Assembly: GCA_002189035.1 (NCBI GenBank)
Contig: NEEC01000056.1
Span: 1-42,998, forward strand
DNA from: Utricularia gibba
Lineage: Eukaryota > Plantae > Magnoliophyta
Length of the DNA stretch: 42,998 nucleotides
Direction of reading: 5' to 3'
Shown: piece after piece, positions 1 through 13,200 of the stretch
Position numbering within the stretch: the first letter of the stretch is position 1
Layout: each line of letters starts with the position of its first letter
Translations under genes and position numbers: made by a program
The notes under the pieces: model-generated
Told to the model about the DNA's origin: nothing
The model's input: the letters and a program-made list of their open reading frames with translations, nothing else
The model's database searches: none

Positions 1-3000
1 AGAGGTGCTTCGCGGACAGGATGTGCGACATAGTCATTCATTGCGCATCATCATTCGGGGTGCATCCTAAAAATCACACGTGCACGGGATTCATTAAAAA
101 ATAAATATTTACGCATATCCAGAGTGTATAACAGTGTTGGGATAAGTGATGCCACGAAATTCATGATGTAGCATGTGACTTTTTTCCAACTTGATCGCAT
201 AGTAGATGAATTCTGACACCATATGTTTTGGCTTTTGATTGATGCATTTAGTTGCTATGATACTTCTGATTCTTGATGCACCATTCCCGTATACCATGTC
301 TCTAGTGGCTATTTGATTCTTTTGCCTTGTATGTTGTTCGCATCAATTTCGAGAACATGAAGCACATTATTAAATGCAGTCACCACGGAATGCCACGTGA
401 GACACTTTTCGTTGTGGCTTGTTTTTAATATGTCCACAGTTATCGGACAAACGTAACTCCAAATTATAATACTTGGAGCTCGAAAAGGGCTTCCAACAGT
501 GTGCTATGAAGAGCAAGGATCTGCATGTTATGCGAGAGGTGCTTCGCGGACCAGGATGTGCGACATAGTCATTTCATTGCGCATCATCATTCGGGGTGCA
601 TCCCTAAAAATCACACGTGCACGGATTCATTAAAAATAAATATTTACGCATATCCAGAGTGTATAACAGTGTTGGGATAAGTGATGCCACGAATTCATGA
701 TGTAGCATGTGACTTTTTTCCAACTTGATCGCATAGTAGATGAATTCTGACACCATATGTTTTGGCTTTTGATTGATGCATTTAGTTGCTATGATACTTC
801 TGATTCTTGATGCACCATTCCGTATACCATGTCTCTAGTGGCTATTTGATTCTTTTGCCTTGTATGTTTGTTCGCATCAATTTCGAGAACATGAAGCACA
901 TTATTAAATGCAGTCACCACGGAATGCCACGTGAGACACTTTTCGTTGTGGCTTGTTTTTAATATGTCCACAGTTATCGGACAAACGTAACTCCAAATTA
1001 TAATACTTGGAGCTCGAAAAGGGCTTCCAACAGTGTGCTATGAAGAGCAAGGATCTGCATGTTATGCGAAGAGGTGCTTCGCGGACCAGGATGTGCGACA
1101 TAGTCATTCATTGCGCATCATCATTCGGGGTGCAGCCTAAAAATCACACGTGCACGGGATTCATTAAAAAAAATATTTACGCATATCCAGAGTGTATAAC
1201 AGTGTTGGGATAAGTGATGCACGAAATTCATGATGTAGCATGTGACTTTTTTCCAACTTGATCGCATAGTAGATGAATTCTGACACCATATGTTTTGGCT
1301 TTGATTGATGCATTTAGTTGCTATGATACTTCTGATTCTTGATGCACCATTCCCGTATACCATGTCTCTAGTGGCTATTTGATTCTTTTGCCTTGTATGT
1401 TGTTCGCATCAATTTCGAGAACATGAAGCACATTATTAAATGCAGTCACCACGGAATGCCACGTGAGACACTTTTCGTTGTGGCTTGTTTTTAATATGTC
1501 CACAGTTATCGGACAAACGTAACTCCAAATTATAATACTTGGAGCTCGAAAAGGGCTTCCCAACAGTGTGCTATGAAGAGCAAGGATCTGCATGTTATGC
1601 AGAGGTGCTTCGCGGACCAGGATGTGCGACGTAGTCATTTCATTGCGCATCATCATTCGGGGTGCATCCTAAAAATCACACGTGCACGGGATTCATTAAA
1701 AATAAATATTTACGCATATCCAGAGTTATAACAGTGTTGGGATAAGTGATGCCACGAAATTCATGATGTAGCATGTGACTTTTTTCCAACTTGATCGCAT
1801 AGTAGATGAATTCTGACACCATATGTTTTGGCTTTTGATTGATGCATTTAGTTGCTATGATACTTCTGATTCTTGATGCACCATTCCCGTATACCATGTC
1901 TCTAGTGGCTATTTGATTCTTTTGCCTTGTATGTTGTTCGCATCAATTTCGAGAACATGAAGCACATTATTAAATGCAGTCACCACGGAATGCCACGTGA
2001 GACACTTTTCGTTGTGGCTTGTTTTTAATATGTCCACAGTTATCGGACAAACGTAACTCCAAATTATAATACTTGGAGCTCGAAAAGGGCTTCCAACAGT
2101 GTGCTATGAAGAGCAAGGATCTGCATGTTATGCAAGAGGTGCTTCGCGGACCAGGATGTGCGACGTAGTCATTTCATTGCGCATCATCATTCGGGGTGCA
2201 TCCTAAAAATCACACGTGCACGGGATTCATTAAAAATAAATATTTACGCATATCCAGAGTGTATAACAGTGTTGGGATAAGTGATGCCACGAAATTCATG
2301 ATGTAGCATGTGACTTTTTTCCAACTTGATCGCATAGTAGATGAATTCTGACACCATATGTTTTGGCTTTTGATTGATGCATTTAGTTGCTATGATACTT
2401 CTGATTCTTGATGCACCATTCCCGTATACCATGTCTCTAGTGGCTATTTGATTCTTTTGCCTTGTATGTTGTTCGCATCAATTTCGAGAACATGAAGCAC
2501 ATTATTAAATGCAGTCACCACGGAATGCCACGTGAGACACTTTTCGTTGTGGCTTGTTTTTAATATGTCCACAGTTATCGGACAAACGTAACTCCAAATT
2601 ATAATACTTGGAGCTCGAAAAGGGCTTCCCAACAGTGTGCTATGAAGAGCAAGGATCTGCATGTTATGCAAGAGGTGCTTCGCGGACCAGGATGTGCGAC
2701 GTAGTCATTTCATTGCGCATCATCATTCGGGGTGCATCCTAAAAATCACACGTGCACGGGATTCATTAAAAATAAATATTTACGCATATCCAGAGTGTAT
2801 AACAGTGTTGGGATAAGTGATGCCACGAAATTCATGATGTAGCATGTGACTTTTTTCCAACTTGATCGCATAGTAGATGAATTCTGACACCATATGTTTT
2901 GGCTTTGATTGATGCATTTAGTTGCTATGATACTTCTGATTCTTGATGCACCATTCCCGTATACCATGTCTCTAGTGGCTATTTGATTCTTTTGCCTTGT

Positions 3001-3271
3001 ATGTTGTTCGCATCAATTTCGAGAACATGAAGCACATTATTAAATGCAGTCACCACGGAATGCCACGTGAGACACTTTTCGTTGTGGCTTGTTTTTAATA
3101 TGTCCACAGTTATCGGACAAACGTAACTCCAAATTATAATACTTGGAGCTCGAAAAGGGCTTCCAACAGTGTGCTATGAAGAGCAAGGATCTGCATGTTA
3201 TGCGAGAGGTGCTTCGCGGACCAGGATGTGCGACGTAGTCATTTCATTGCGCATCATCATTCGGGGTGCAG
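1..3271. repeat. Left-edge mosaic monomers: subfamily A backbone with scattered B alleles at 3 linked sites, plus many 1-bp indels
   Basis: B alleles at 30, 565 and 1100 (GACATAG), 534 and 3204 (GCGAGAG), 1135 and 3271 (GCAGCC). A alleles at all the other diagnostic sites. Confidence 0.75.
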
Positions 3272-3720
3272 CCTAAAAATCACACGTGCACGGGATTCAT
3301 TAAAAATAAATATTTACGCATATCCAGAGTGTATAACAGTGTTGGGATAAGTGATGCCACGAAATTCATGATGTAGCATGTGACTTTTTTCCAACTTGAT
3401 CGCATAGTAGATGAATTCTGACACCATATGTTTTGGCTTTTGATTGATGCATTTAGTTGCTATGATACTTCTGATTCTTGATGCACCATTCCCGTATACC
3501 ATGTCTCTAGTGGCTATTTGATTCTTTTGCCTTGTATGTTGTTCGCATCAATTTCGAGAACATGAAGCACATTATTAAATGCAGTCACCACGGAATGCCA
3601 CGTGAGACACTTTTCGTTGTGGCTTGTTTTTAATATGTCCACAGTTATCGGACAAACGTAACTCCAAATTATAATACTTGGAGCTCGAAAAGGGCTTCCC
3701 AACAGTGTGCTATGAAGAGC

Positions 3721-4256
3721 AAGGATCTGCATGTTATGCAAGAGGTGCTTCGCGGACCAGGATGTGCGACGTAGTCATTTCATTGCGCATCATCATTCGG
3801 GGTGCATCCTAAAAATCACACGTGCACGGGATTCATTAAAAATAAATATTTACGCATATCCAGAGTGTATAACAGTGTTGGGATAAGTGATGCCACGAAA
3901 TTCATGATGTAGCATGTGACTTTTTTCCAACTTGATCGCATAGTAGATGAATTCTGACACCATATGTTTTGGCTTTTGATTGATGCATTTAGTTGCTATG
4001 ATACTTCTGATTCTTGATGCACCATTCCCGTATACCATGTCTCTAGTGGCTATTTGATTCTTTTGCCTTGTATGTTGTTCGCATCAATTTCGAGAACATG
4101 AAGCACATTATTAAATGCAGTCACCACGGAATGCCACGTGAGACACTTTTCGTTGTGGCTTGTTTTTAATATGTCCACAGTTATCGGACAAACGTAACTC
4201 CAAATTATAATACTTGGAGCTCGAAAAGGGCTTCCCAACAGTGTGCTATGAAGAGC
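3721..4256 (+). repeat. Representative monomer, subfamily A consensus (536 bp, 217/536 G+C, about 40%)
   Basis: Starts AAGGATCTGCATG at 3721 and the next identical start is at 4257. Phase is arbitrary. Contains single EcoRI (GAATTC) and SacI (GAGCTC) sites. Confidence 0.97.
3872..4244. repeat. Intra-monomer imperfect 12-bp inverted repeat, ACAGTGTTGGGA (3872-3883) / TCCCAACAGTGT (4233-4244), present in each intact monomer
   Basis: The reverse complement of 4233-4244 is ACACTGTTGGGA, an 11/12 match to 3872-3883. It is perfect (12/12) in copies with the CAACACTGT variant. Confidence 0.7.
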
Positions 4257-7200
4257 AAGGATCTGCATGTTATGCAAGAGGTGCTTCGCGGACCAGGATG
4301 TGCGACGTAGTCATTTCATTGCGCATCATCATTCGGGGTGCATCCTAAAAATCACACGTGCACGGGATTCATTAAAAATAAATATTTACGCATATCCAGA
4401 GTGTATAACAGTGTTGGGATAAGTGATGCCACGAAATTCATGATGTAGCATGTGACTTTTTTCCAACTTGATCGCATAGTAGATGAATTCTGACACCATA
4501 TGTTTTGGCTTTTGATTGATGCATTTAGTTGCTATGATACTTCTGATTCTTGATGCACCATTCCCGTATACCATGTCTCTAGTGGCTATTTGATTCTTTT
4601 GCCTTGTATGTTGTTCGCATCAATTTCGAGAACATGAAGCACATTATTAAATGCAGTCACCACGGAATGCCACGTGAGACACTTTTCGTTGTGGCTTGTT
4701 TTTAATATGTCCACAGTTATCGGACAAACGTAACTCCAAATTATAATACTTGGAGCTCGAAAAGGGCTTCCCAACAGTGTGCTATGAAGAGCAAGGATCT
4801 GCATGTTATGCAAGAGGTGCTTCGCGGACCAGGATGTGCGACGTAGTCATTTCATTGCGCATCATCATTCGGGGTGCATCCTAAAAATCACACGTGCACG
4901 GGATTCATTAAAAATAAATATTTACGCATATCCAGAGTGTATAACAGTGTTGGGATAAGTGATGCCACGAAATTCATGATGTAGCATGTGACTTTTTTCC
5001 AACTTGATCGCATAGTAGATGAATTCTGACACCATATGTTTTGGCTTTTGATTGATGCATTTAGTTGCTATGATACTTCTGATTCTTGATGCACCATTCC
5101 CGTATACCATGTCTCTAGTGGCTATTTGATTCTTTTGCCTTGTATGTTGTTCGCATCAATTTCGAGAACATGAAGCACATTATTAAATGCAGTCACCACG
5201 GAATGCCACGTGAGACACTTTTCGTTGTGGCTTGTTTTTAATATGTCCACAGTTATCGGACAAACGTAACTCCAAATTATAATACTTGGAGCTCGAAAAG
5301 GGCTTCCCAACAGTGTGCTATGAAGAGCAAGGATCTGCATGTTATGCAAGAGGTGCTTCGCGGACCAGGATGTGCGACGTAGTCATTTCATTGCGCATCA
5401 TCATTCGGGGTGCATCCTAAAAATCACACGTGCACGGGATTCATTAAAAATAAATATTTACGCATATCCAGAGTGTATAACAGTGTTGGGATAAGTGATG
5501 CCACGAAATTCATGATGTAGCATGTGACTTTTTTCCAACTTGATCGCATAGTAGATGAATTCTGACACCATATGTTTTGGCTTTTGATTGATGCATTTAG
5601 TTGCTATGATACTTCTGATTCTTGATGCACCATTCCCGTATACCATGTCTCTAGTGGCTATTTGATTCTTTTGCCTTGTATGTTGTTCGCATCAATTTCG
5701 AGAACATGAAGCACATTATTAAATGCAGTCACCACGGAATGCCACGTGAGACACTTTTCGTTGTGGCTTGTTTTTAATATGTCCACAGTTATCGGACAAA
5801 CGTAACTCCAAATTATAATACTTGGAGCTCGAAAAGGGCTTCCCAACAGTGTGCTATGAAGAGCAAGGATCTGCATGTTATGCAAGAGGTGCTTCGCGGA
5901 CCAGGATGTGCGACGTAGTCATTTCATTGCGCATCATCATTCGGGGTGCATCCTAAAAATCACACGTGCACGGGATTCATTAAAAATAAATATTTACGCA
6001 TATCCAGAGTGTATAACAGTGTTGGGATAAGTGATGCCACGAAATTCATGATGTAGCATGTGACTTTTTTCCAACTTGATCGCATAGTAGATGAATTCTG
6101 ACACCATATGTTTTGGCTTTTGATTGATGCATTTAGTTGCTATGATACTTCTGATTCTTGATGCACCATTCCCGTATACCATGTCTCTAGTGGCTATTTG
6201 ATTCTTTTGCCTTGTATGTTGTTCGCATCAATTTCGAGAACATGAAGCACATTATTAAATGCAGTCACCACGGAATGCCACGTGAGACACTTTTCGTTGT
6301 GGCTTGTTTTTAATATGTCCACAGTTATCGGACAAACGTAACTCCAAATTATAATACTTGGAGCTCGAAAAGGGCTTCCCAACAGTGTGCTATGAAGAGC
6401 AAGGATCTGCATGTTATGCAAGAGGTGCTTCGCGGACCAGGATGTGCGACGTAGTCATTTCATTGCGCATCATCATTCGGGGTGCATCCTAAAAATCACA
6501 CGTGCACGGGATTCATTAAAAATAAATATTTACGCATATCCAGAGTGTATAACAGTGTTGGGATAAGTGATGCCACGAAATTCATGATGTAGCATGTGAC
6601 TTTTTTCCAACTTGATCGCATAGTAGATGAATTCTGACACCATATGTTTTGGCTTTTGATTGATGCATTTAGTTGCTATGATACTTCTGATTCTTGATGC
6701 ACCATTCCCGTATACCATGTCTCTAGTGGCTATTTGATTCTTTTGCCTTGTATGTTGTTCGCATCAATTTCGAGAACATGAAGCACATTATTAAATGCAG
6801 TCACCACGGAATGCCACGTGAGACACTTTTCGTTGTGGCTTGTTTTTAATATGTCCACAGTTATCGGACAAACGTAACTCCAAATTATAATACTTGGAGC
6901 TCGAAAAGGGCTTCCCAACAGTGTGCTATGAAGAGCAAGGATCTGCATGTTATGCAAGAGGTGCTTCGCGGACCAGGATGTGCGACGTAGTCATTTCATT
7001 GCGCATCATCATTCGGGGTGCATCCTAAAAATCACACGTGCACGGATTCATTAAAAATAAATATTTACGCATATCCAGAGTGTATAACAGTGTTGGGATA
7101 AGTGATGCCACGAAATTCATGATGTAGCATGTGACTTTTTTCCAACTTGATCGCATAGTAGATGAATTCTGACACCATATGTTTTGGCTTTTGATTGATG

Positions 7201-10200
7201 CATTTAGTTGCTATGATACTTCTGATTCTTGATGCACCATTCCCGTATACCATGTCTCTAGTGGCTATTTGATTCTTTTGCCTTGTATGTTGTTCGCATC
7301 AATTTCGAGAACATGAAGCACATTATTAAATGCAGTCACCACGGAATGCCACGTGAGACACTTTTCGTTGTGGCTTGTTTTTAATATGTCCACAGTTATC
7401 GGACAAACGTAACTCCAAATTATAATACTTGGAGCTCGAAAAGGGCTTCCCAACAGTGTGCTATGAAGAGCAAGGATCTGCATGTTATGCAAGAGGTGCT
7501 TCGCGGACCAGGATGTGCGACGTAGTCATTTCATTGCGCATCATCATTCGGGGTGCATCCTAAAAATCACACGTGCACGGGATTCATTAAAAATAAATAT
7601 TTACGCATATCCAGAGTGTATAACAGTGTTGGGATAAGTGATGCCACGAAATTCATGATGTAGCATGTGACTTTTTTCCAACTTGATCGCATAGTAGATG
7701 AATTCTGACACCATATGTTTTGGCTTTTGATTGATGCATTTAGTTGCTATGATACTTCTGATTCTTGATGCACCATTCCCGTATACCATGTCTCTAGTGG
7801 CTATTTGATTCTTTTGCCTTGTATGTTGTTCGCATCAATTTCGAGAACATGAAGCACATTATTAAATGCAGTCACCACGGAATGCCACGTGAGACACTTT
7901 TCGTTGTGGCTTGTTTTTAATATGTCCACAGTTATCGGACAAACGTAACTCCAAATTATAATACTTGGAGCTCGAAAAGGGCTTCCCAACAGTGTGCTAT
8001 GAAGAGCAAGGATCTGCATGTTATGCAAGAGGTGCTTCGCGGACCAGGATGTGCGACGTAGTCATTTCATTGCGCATCATCATTCGGGGTGCATCCTAAA
8101 AATCACACGTGCACGGGATTCATTAAAAATAAATATTTACGCATATCCAGAGTGTATAACAGTGTTGGGATAAGTGATGCCACGAAATTCATGATGTAGC
8201 ATGTGACTTTTTTCCAACTTGATCGCATAGTAGATGAATTCTGACACCATATGTTTTGGCTTTTGATTGATGCATTTAGTTGCTATGATACTTCTGATTC
8301 TTGATGCACCATTCCCGTATACCATGTCTCTAGTGGCTATTTGATTCTTTTGCCTTGTATGTTGTTCGCATCAATTTCGAGAACATGAAGCACATTATTA
8401 AATGCAGTCACCACGGAATGCCACGTGAGACACTTTTCGTTGTGGCTTGTTTTTAATATGTCCACAGTTATCGGACAAACGTAACTCCAAATTATAATAC
8501 TTGGAGCTCGAAAAGGGCTTCCCAACAGTGTGCTATGAAGAGCAAGGATCTGCATGTTATGCAAGAGGTGCTTCGCGGACCAGGATGTGCGACGTAGTCA
8601 TTTCATTGCGCATCATCATTCGGGGTGCATCCTAAAAATCACACGTGCACGGGATTCATTAAAAATAAATATTTACGCATATCCAGAGTGTATAACAGTG
8701 TTGGGATAAGTGATGCCACGAAATTCATGATGTAGCATGTGACTTTTTTCCAACTTGATCGCATAGTAGATGAATTCTGACACCATATGTTTTGGCTTTT
8801 GATTGATGCATTTAGTTGCTATGATACTTCTGATTCTTGATGCACCATTCCCGTATACCATGTCTCTAGTGGCTATTTGATTCTTTTGCCTTGTATGTTG
8901 TTCGCATCAATTTCGAGAACATGAAGCACATTATTAAATGCAGTCACCACGGAATGCCACGTGAGACACTTTTCGTTGTGGCTTGTTTTTAATATGTCCA
9001 CAGTTATCGGACAAACGTAACTCCAAATTATAATACTTGGAGCTCGAAAAGGGCTTCCCAACAGTGTGCTATGAAGAGCAAGGATCTGCATGTTATGCAA
9101 GAGGTGCTTCGCGGACCAGGATGTGCGACGTAGTCATTTCATTGCGCATCATCATTCGGGGTGCATCCTAAAAATCACACGTGCACGGGATTCATTAAAA
9201 ATAAATATTTACGCATATCCAGAGTGTATAACAGTGTTGGGATAAGTGATGCCACGAAATTCATGATGTAGCATGTGACTTTTTTCCAACTTGATCGCAT
9301 AGTAGATGAATTCTGACACCATATGTTTTGGCTTTTGATTGATGCATTTAGTTGCTATGATACTTCTGATTCTTGATGCACCATTCCCGTATACCATGTC
9401 TCTAGTGGCTATTTGATTCTTTTGCCTTGTATGTTGTTCGCATCAATTTCGAGAACATGAAGCACATTATTAAATGCAGTCACCACGGAATGCCACGTGA
9501 GACACTTTTCGTTGTGGCTTGTTTTTAATATGTCCACAGTTATCGGACAAACGTAACTCCAAATTATAATACTTGGAGCTCGAAAAGGGCTTCCCAACAG
9601 TGTGCTATGAAGAGCAAGGATCTGCATGTTATGCAAGAGGTGCTTCGCGGACCAGGATGTGCGACGTAGTCATTTCATTGCGCATCATCATTCGGGGTGC
9701 ATCCTAAAAATCACACGTGCACGGGATTCATTAAAAATAAATATTTACGCATATCCAGAGTGTATAACAGTGTTGGGATAAGTGATGCCACGAAATTCAT
9801 GATGTAGCATGTGACTTTTTTCCAACTTGATCGCATAGTAGATGAATTCTGACACCATATGTTTTGGCTTTTGATTGATGCATTTAGTTGCTATGATACT
9901 TCTGATTCTTGATGCACCATTCCCGTATACCATGTCTCTAGTGGCTATTTGATTCTTTTGCCTTGTATGTTGTTCGCATCAATTTCGAGAACATGAAGCA
10001 CATTATTAAATGCAGTCACCACGGAATGCCACGTGAGACACTTTTCGTTGTGGCTTGTTTTTAATATGTCCACAGTTATCGGACAAACGTAACTCCAAAT
10101 TATAATACTTGGAGCTCGAAAAGGGCTTCCCAACAGTGTGCTATGAAGAGCAAGGATCTGCATGTTATGCAAGAGGTGCTTCGCGGACCAGGATGTGCGA

Positions 10201-13200
10201 CGTAGTCATTTCATTGCGCATCATCATTCGGGGTGCATCCTAAAAATCACACGTGCACGGGATTCATTAAAAATAAATATTTACGCATATCCAGAGTGTA
10301 TAACAGTGTTGGGATAAGTGATGCCACGAAATTCATGATGTAGCATGTGACTTTTTTCCAACTTGATCGCATAGTAGATGAATTCTGACACCATATGTTT
10401 TGGCTTTTGATTGATGCATTTAGTTGCTATGATACTTCTGATTCTTGATGCACCATTCCCGTATACCATGTCTCTAGTGGCTATTTGATTCTTTTGCCTT
10501 GTATGTTGTTCGCATCAATTTCGAGAACATGAAGCACATTATTAAATGCAGTCACCACGGAATGCCACGTGAGACACTTTTCGTTGTGGCTTGTTTTTAA
10601 TATGTCCACAGTTATCGGACAAACGTAACTCCAAATTATAATACTTGGAGCTCGAAAAGGGCTTCCCAACAGTGTGCTATGAAGAGCAAGGATCTGCATG
10701 TTATGCAAGAGGTGCTTCGCGGACCAGGATGTGCGACGTAGTCATTTCATTGCGCATCATCATTCGGGGTGCATCCTAAAAATCACACGTGCACGGGATT
10801 CATTAAAAATAAATATTTACGCATATCCAGAGTGTATAACAGTGTTGGGATAAGTGATGCCACGAAATTCATGATGTAGCATGTGACTTTTTTCCAACTT
10901 GATCGCATAGTAGATGAATTCTGACACCATATGTTTTGGCTTTTGATTGATGCATTTAGTTGCTATGATACTTCTGATTCTTGATGCACCATTCCCGTAT
11001 ACCATGTCTCTAGTGGCTATTTGATTCTTTTGCCTTGTATGTTGTTCGCATCAATTTCGAGAACATGAAGCACATTATTAAATGCAGTCACCACGGAATG
11101 CCACGTGAGACACTTTTCGTTGTGGCTTGTTTTTAATATGTCCACAGTTATCGGACAAACGTAACTCCAAATTATAATACTTGGAGCTCGAAAAGGGCTT
11201 CCCAACAGTGTGCTATGAAGAGCAAGGATCTGCATGTTATGCAAGAGGTGCTTCGCGGACCAGGATGTGCGACGTAGTCATTTCATTGCGCATCATCATT
11301 CGGGGTGCATCCTAAAAATCACACGTGCACGGGATTCATTAAAAATAAATATTTACGCATATCCAGAGTGTATAACAGTGTTGGGATAAGTGATGCCACG
11401 AAATTCATGATGTAGCATGTGACTTTTTTCCAACTTGATCGCATAGTAGATGAATTCTGACACCATATGTTTTGGCTTTTGATTGATGCATTTAGTTGCT
11501 ATGATACTTCTGATTCTTGATGCACCATTCCCGTATACCATGTCTCTAGTGGCTATTTGATTCTTTTGCCTTGTATGTTGTTCGCATCAATTTCGAGAAC
11601 ATGAAGCACATTATTAAATGCAGTCACCACGGAATGCCACGTGAGACACTTTTCGTTGTGGCTTGTTTTTAATATGTCCACAGTTATCGGACAAACGTAA
11701 CTCCAAATTATAATACTTGGAGCTCGAAAAGGGCTTCCCAACAGTGTGCTATGAAGAGCAAGGATCTGCATGTTATGCAAGAGGTGCTTCGCGGACCAGG
11801 ATGTGCGACGTAGTCATTTCATTGCGCATCATCATTCGGGGTGCATCCTAAAAATCACACGTGCACGGGATTCATTAAAAATAAATATTTACGCATATCC
11901 AGAGTGTATAACAGTGTTGGGATAAGTGATGCCACGAAATTCATGATGTAGCATGTGACTTTTTTCCAACTTGATCGCATAGTAGATGAATTCTGACACC
12001 ATATGTTTTGGCTTTTGATTGATGCATTTAGTTGCTATGATACTTCTGATTCTTGATGCACCATTCCCGTATACCATGTCTCTAGTGGCTATTTGATTCT
12101 TTTGCCTTGTATGTTGTTCGCATCAATTTCGAGAACATGAAGCACATTATTAAATGCAGTCACCACGGAATGCCACGTGAGACACTTTTCGTTGTGGCTT
12201 GTTTTTAATATGTCCACAGTTATCGGACAAACGTAACTCCAAATTATAATACTTGGAGCTCGAAAAGGGCTTCCCAACAGTGTGCTATGAAGAGCAAGGA
12301 TCTGCATGTTATGCAAGAGGTGCTTCGCGGACCAGGATGTGCGACGTAGTCATTTCATTGCGCATCATCATTCGGGGTGCATCCTAAAAATCACACGTGC
12401 ACGGGATTCATTAAAAATAAATATTTACGCATATCCAGAGTGTATAACAGTGTTGGGATAAGTGATGCCACGAAATTCATGATGTAGCATGTGACTTTTT
12501 TCCAACTTGATCGCATAGTAGATGAATTCTGACACCATATGTTTTGGCTTTTGATTGATGCATTTAGTTGCTATGATACTTCTGATTCTTGATGCACCAT
12601 TCCCGTATACCATGTCTCTAGTGGCTATTTGATTCTTTTGCCTTGTATGTTGTTCGCATCAATTTCGAGAACATGAAGCACATTATTAAATGCAGTCACC
12701 ACGGAATGCCACGTGAGACACTTTTCGTTGTGGCTTGTTTTTAATATGTCCACAGTTATCGGACAAACGTAACTCCAAATTATAATACTTGGAGCTCGAA
12801 AAGGGCTTCCCAACAGTGTGCTATGAAGAGCAAGGATCTGCATGTTATGCAAGAGGTGCTTCGCGGACCAGGATGTGCGACGTAGTCATTTCATTGCGCA
12901 TCATCATTCGGGGTGCATCCTAAAAATCACACGTGCACGGGATTCATTAAAAATAAATATTTACGCATATCCAGAGTGTATAACAGTGTTGGGATAAGTG
13001 ATGCCACGAAATTCATGATGTAGCATGTGACTTTTTTCCAACTTGATCGCATAGTAGATGAATTCTGACACCATATGTTTTGGCTTTGATTGATGCATTT
13101 AGTTGCTATGATACTTCTGATTCTTGATGCACCATTCCCGTATACCATGTCTCTAGTGGCTATTTGATTCTTTTGCCTTGTATGTTGTTCGCATCAATTT

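Noticed and set aside
3760-3809. GGATGTGC/GTGCATCC stem as a conserved RNA structure
   Set aside because: It needs two G-U pairs and is disrupted without compensation by the B allele (GCAGCC).
4149-4165. CENP-B box-like TTCGTTG
   Set aside because: It lacks the required A and CGGG positions of NTTCGNNNNANNCGGGN. No other TTCG or CCCG in the monomer fits.
4198-4219. CTCCAA-N10-TTGGAG hairpin with TATAAT in the loop, read as a bacterial promoter or terminator
   Set aside because: The stem is only 6 bp, there is no properly spaced -35 and no U-tract, and the context is not bacterial. Chance level.
4211-4250. Resemblance to the 5S rRNA 3' domain (TACTTGGA-N24-GTGCT, same spacing as in 5S)
   Set aside because: The 24 intervening bases and the upstream box A and 5' half do not match 5S, and the helices cannot form. 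A cmsearch with RF00001 would settle it.
3721-4256. tRNA, spliced-leader or snRNA gene array, or hammerhead-containing satellite
   Set aside because: No cloverleaf or B-box (GTTCRANNC), no SL exon I recognise, and no CTGANGA core on either strand.
3721-4256. Palindrome or G-box enrichment (CACGTG x2, CGTGCACG, TAAATATTTA, ATTATAAT)
   Set aside because: About 12 six-bp palindromes against roughly 9 expected is not a convincing excess, and there is no functional evidence.
3721-4256. Monomer as an ancient dimer (2x268) or trimer (3x179) of a shorter unit
   Set aside because: Internal 7-8 bp repeats (AACAGTGT, TGCTATGA, TGCCACG, TTGATGCA) have inconsistent spacings, and manual alignment of thirds showed no collinear similarity.
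3721-4256. Identity with the Toxoplasma 529-bp repeat or telomeric repeats
   Set aside because: Only the length is similar. The sequence does not resemble that GA-rich element as I recall it, and there are no TTAGGG-type runs.
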